Below are positions 61,575 through 64,000 of a stretch of DNA of 64,000 bases, in pieces. The translations under genes were made by a program, and so were the position numbers. The notes beneath the pieces are model-generated. The model was not told the origin of the DNA. It did not search any database and worked only from the letters and a program-made list of their open reading frames with translations. The stretch's first letter is position 1, and each line of letters opens with the position of its first letter. Where the stretch lies: positions 1,088,001 to 1,152,000 of the forward strand of contig CBDCTK010000002.1 in the NCBI GenBank assembly GCA_965222225.1. The letters run 5' to 3'. Source of the stretch: Candidatus Poribacteria bacterium (GTDB lineage: Bacteria > Poribacteria > WGA-4E > JAJDTR01).

Positions 61575-62588
61575 TCATACATTCACCACTTGCCCTGTCT
61601 GATTAGATTGGATTGCCGCTTCCACAATCTCCAAACCACGCAAACCGTCCTGTCCCGTGACTAGTGGGATTTTGCCCTCTGCCAGTCGTTCTAGGAAGCA
61701 GTGGACATGATTTGTCAGAGAATCGTAAAAAGTGGTTTGGCCTTTGAAAAAGTTGGGACAAAAACGTTCAATGTGGTCGGGGTCTACCGACCAGAATTTT
61801 ACGGCTCTCATCACATCTTCAATTACTACTGTTCCCTTAGTACCACCAATCTCGGTCCATTCAGATGTCCGTGTCCAGCGCGGCACTTCCTGCCATCCCC
61901 CGATTAACGTGCCTAGAGCGTCTCCCTCAAATCGAAATGAAAAAGCAACGTCATGTGCTAGATCCGTTTCACCCCGCGGGCTAAAAGAGGCATGTATCGA
62001 ACGAATTTCGCCACAGAAGAAGCGCATCAAATCTATATGATGGATTAGGACGTTCCTTATTATTGAATGAGCCTTCAGGTCATTCTTCGATCCGGTAAGC
62101 GGTTCGGTCACGCGAATTACGATATACCGAATATCGCCGACTGCTCCTTCAGCACAGAGTTCTTTCGCTTTCAAATACCCAAATCCGAATCGACGGTTGT
62201 AATCAATCGCCAGATGTCGATTGTGTCGTGCGGCGGCATCGGCCATTCGTTGTGCATCTGTCAAAGTCGACGCCATCGGCTTTTCACAGAATACGTGACA
62301 ACCAGCTTCAACTGACTTGACTACGGGGGTCATGTGTAGGTGTTCTGGGGTTGCCACTGTGACAACGTCCAACCGTTCAGCTAACAATAATTCTTCCAAA
62401 TCATCATATACGTTTGCCCGGACCGGTGCAGCGACAATTTCTGCGCGTTTCGGTTCAACGTCACAAGCTGCTGCCAACTGGGCATGCTGAGATTGAACGA
62501 CTGCCTGCGCATGGAGTAATCCGATGGCACCGCAACCGACTACGGCTACGCGCAATTTTTCGTTCTGTAATCTCTCTGATTTCCCCAC
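61575..62588 (-). CDS. Gfo/Idh/MocA family oxidoreductase
   Basis: VGCGAIG, VATPEHLH, HVFCEKPMA, YNRRF and IHHIDL motifs. Confidence 0.93.
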   Translation of the reverse strand: MGKSERLQNEKLRVAVVGCGAIGLLHAQAVVQSQHAQLAAACDVEPKRAEIVAAPVRANVYDDLEELLLAERLDVVTVATPEHLHMTPVVKSVEAGCHVFCEKPMASTLTDAQRMADAAARHNRHLAIDYNRRFGFGYLKAKELCAEGAVGDIRYIVIRVTEPLTGSKNDLKAHSIIRNVLIHHIDLMRFFCGEIRSIHASFSPRGETDLAHDVAFSFRFEGDALGTLIGGWQEVPRWTRTSEWTEIGGTKGTVVIEDVMRAVKFWSVDPDHIERFCPNFFKGQTTFYDSLTNHVHCFLERLAEGKIPLVTGQDGLRGLEIVEAAIQSNQTGQVVNV

Positions 62589-62756
62589 TGATTTAATCCT
62601 CTTTGACGAACGTCCATCCCTTACCTAAACTTAGCTATGGCACGATTCGCCGAAAATATACATGCTGAACCATGAACTCGGAAAGAATATACTAACGCGA
62701 ACTCGCTGTCAAGAATAATACCCCATGTTTCTCCTAGGGATTAAGCTTGATACACT

Positions 62757-63036
62757 CATAAGGATCAAGTTAAGCGTTTTAGGGCACAATTCACTTGGTT
62801 TCAATGTCTTAAACTGTTAGTCTCCATGCTAACTTGGAGAGGGAATTCTACCAATTCATTGATCTGCCCGCCTAAGAAGATCTTTCACAGCGCCCGTTTT
62901 CGTAGGGGCGGGGATCAAGCGACTGAACAAGGAGCGCGATAGAGATCCTTTCCCCGCTCAATAGGGACTGAGTAAGGGGTTTGTGGCGGAAAACCCGACC
63001 AAATACTAAACAAACTCTCTTAAGTTGATCCTTATG
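62757..63036. mobile_element. MITE family B, 280 bp, with 20-bp target-site duplication
   Basis: 18-bp TIRs CATAAGGATCAAGTTAAG / CTTAAGTTGATCCTTATG (1 mismatch); flanking GGGATTAAGCTTGATACACT at 62737-62756 and 63037-63056. Confidence 0.88.
62913..62947 (+). repeat. 35-bp GATC-ended unit inside a GTAG-type REP-like hairpin
   Basis: CGTAGGGGCGGG[GATCAAGCGACTGAACAAGGAGCGCGATAGAGATC]CTTTCCCCGCTC. Confidence 0.85.
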
Positions 63037-63046
63037 GGGATTAAGC

Positions 63047-63076
63047 TTGATACACTTCCTTCATCTCTGATATAGT
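63047..63076 (+). promoter_or_regulatory. Sigma70-type promoter with extended -10
   Basis: TTGATA-18 bp-TATAGT with TGn extension. Confidence 0.5.
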
Positions 63077-63361
63077 ATCATCATCATAGACGCTAGCGTC
63101 TGGCAACCGTCCTAGTTGGACACGAATACTAGCAATCGTTAATTCGGAGGAACGCTTGGATTCTGTAAATCCAAATCAAGAAAGCAAGTTGGCAGGCTTT
63201 CGGTAACGCTCTCCACGCTGATTTCGTTTCTTGCAATTCCCATCATTTTCTTAACGATGCTAGTTTTTATTTCTGTGACGCGCGAATTGCTTATAAGATG
63301 CTCGGCACTGAGTCCGATTGGAATTAGCGTGTGACAAAATTACGTCATACCTGCGGACAAG

Positions 63362-64000
63362 ATGATGACCAATCTAAAGAATATTAACGAAGATTTCGTT
63401 CAGAACATCTGGAATGATCAACGTTTTTTTGATATCGACCTCCGGGCGACAGATGGTAGGTCTATCAGCATATTGAAGGCTGGTATTTGGAATAGTGACG
63501 AAGGACCGGATTTTGTTCGCGCGGAAGTCATTATTGACGGACAACTTCAGGTTGGCGATATTGAGATTCACGTCAAATCGTCAGACTGGTATGCCCACGA
63601 GCATCATCTTAACCCGAGATACAATCGCGTTGTTCTGCATGTTGTCCACTGGGACGATGATTTGAACTTGCGCACACGTCTTCAGGACGGGCAAAGAATC
63701 CCAACCCTTGAACTCTTGAATCGGCTCAACACACCAATCGGAGATTTATTTGACGAAACAGAGGCGGCAAAAACGAGAACGGTCGACTTTTGCCGAGTGG
63801 CGGGGAAAATTCTCAAGATTGGACCGCTCAAATCAATCTTTGACGACCTAGGTCAGGAGCGGTTGATGGAGAAGGCCGACGCCATGAAGCATCTCCGCAT
63901 TCGGATGGACTTTGAACAATTGCTGTATGAGGGGATTATGGAAGCGTTGGGATACGCCAAGAATCGTGAACCCTTCCGGGAATTAGCCAGACGCGTTCCC
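63362..64000 (+). CDS. DUF2851 family protein (runs off window; absent from the ORF track)
   Basis: Manual translation INEDFVQNIW ... N.DEGPDF ... GDIEIHVKSSDWYAHEHH.NPRYNRVVLHVV. Confidence 0.88.
   Translation, partial: MMTNLKNINEDFVQNIWNDQRFFDIDLRATDGRSISILKAGIWNSDEGPDFVRAEVIIDGQLQVGDIEIHVKSSDWYAHEHHLNPRYNRVVLHVVHWDDDLNLRTRLQDGQRIPTLELLNRLNTPIGDLFDETEAAKTRTVDFCRVAGKILKIGPLKSIFDDLGQERLMEKADAMKHLRIRMDFEQLLYEGIMEALGYAKNREPFRELARRVP

Noticed and set aside
14707-62947. 35-bp units as a CRISPR array
   Set aside because: Units are dispersed or nested rather than regularly spaced by spacers, are internally variable, and no cas genes are present
63140-63335. Small ORF after GGAGG at about 63146
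   Set aside because: The TTG frame stops after 16 codons and the hydrophobic alternate frame has no suitable start
1037-63571. Numerous 60-200 aa ORFs overlapping or antisense to assigned genes (e.g. 12880-13488, 22780-23337, 38940-39434, 63374-63571)
   Set aside because: Shadow ORFs of well-supported genes with no motif support of their own

Overview
Bacterial chromosomal window of about 48% GC by eye. Gene content suggests a Candidatus Poribacteria-like organism (inference from the PhyH dioxygenases, BMC satellite locus, ECF sigma factors with C-terminal fusions and several TPP enzymes). It carries about 40 intact genes: gltD end, an OM-protein/exbB/exbD/exbD operon, a Wzc-like protein, eutM-type shell + pduL, glcB, coaD, sppA, nadA, a transketolase-like/TPP/xylA cluster, rqcH, an O-antigen ligase, a vWA protein, CocE, Gfo/Idh/MocA and a DUF2851 start. 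There are four IS elements with identifiable ends (IS5, IS701, IS1595, IS982), two MITE families, REP-like hairpins and several pseudogenes. The most notable signal is a family of 34-36-bp units (GATCAA-N17-GCGATAG-N1/2-RATC) at five loci. All lie on the same strand, show no target duplication, nest inside each other, and occur only inside other mobile/repeat DNA; removing one exactly restores an IS982 transposase reading frame. Other highlights are a DarT1 toxin fused through a single in-frame TAG to a degenerate copy of its NADAR antitoxin, and a 280-bp MITE with a 20-bp target-site duplication. All family calls are from motif recognition by eye; no database searches were run.
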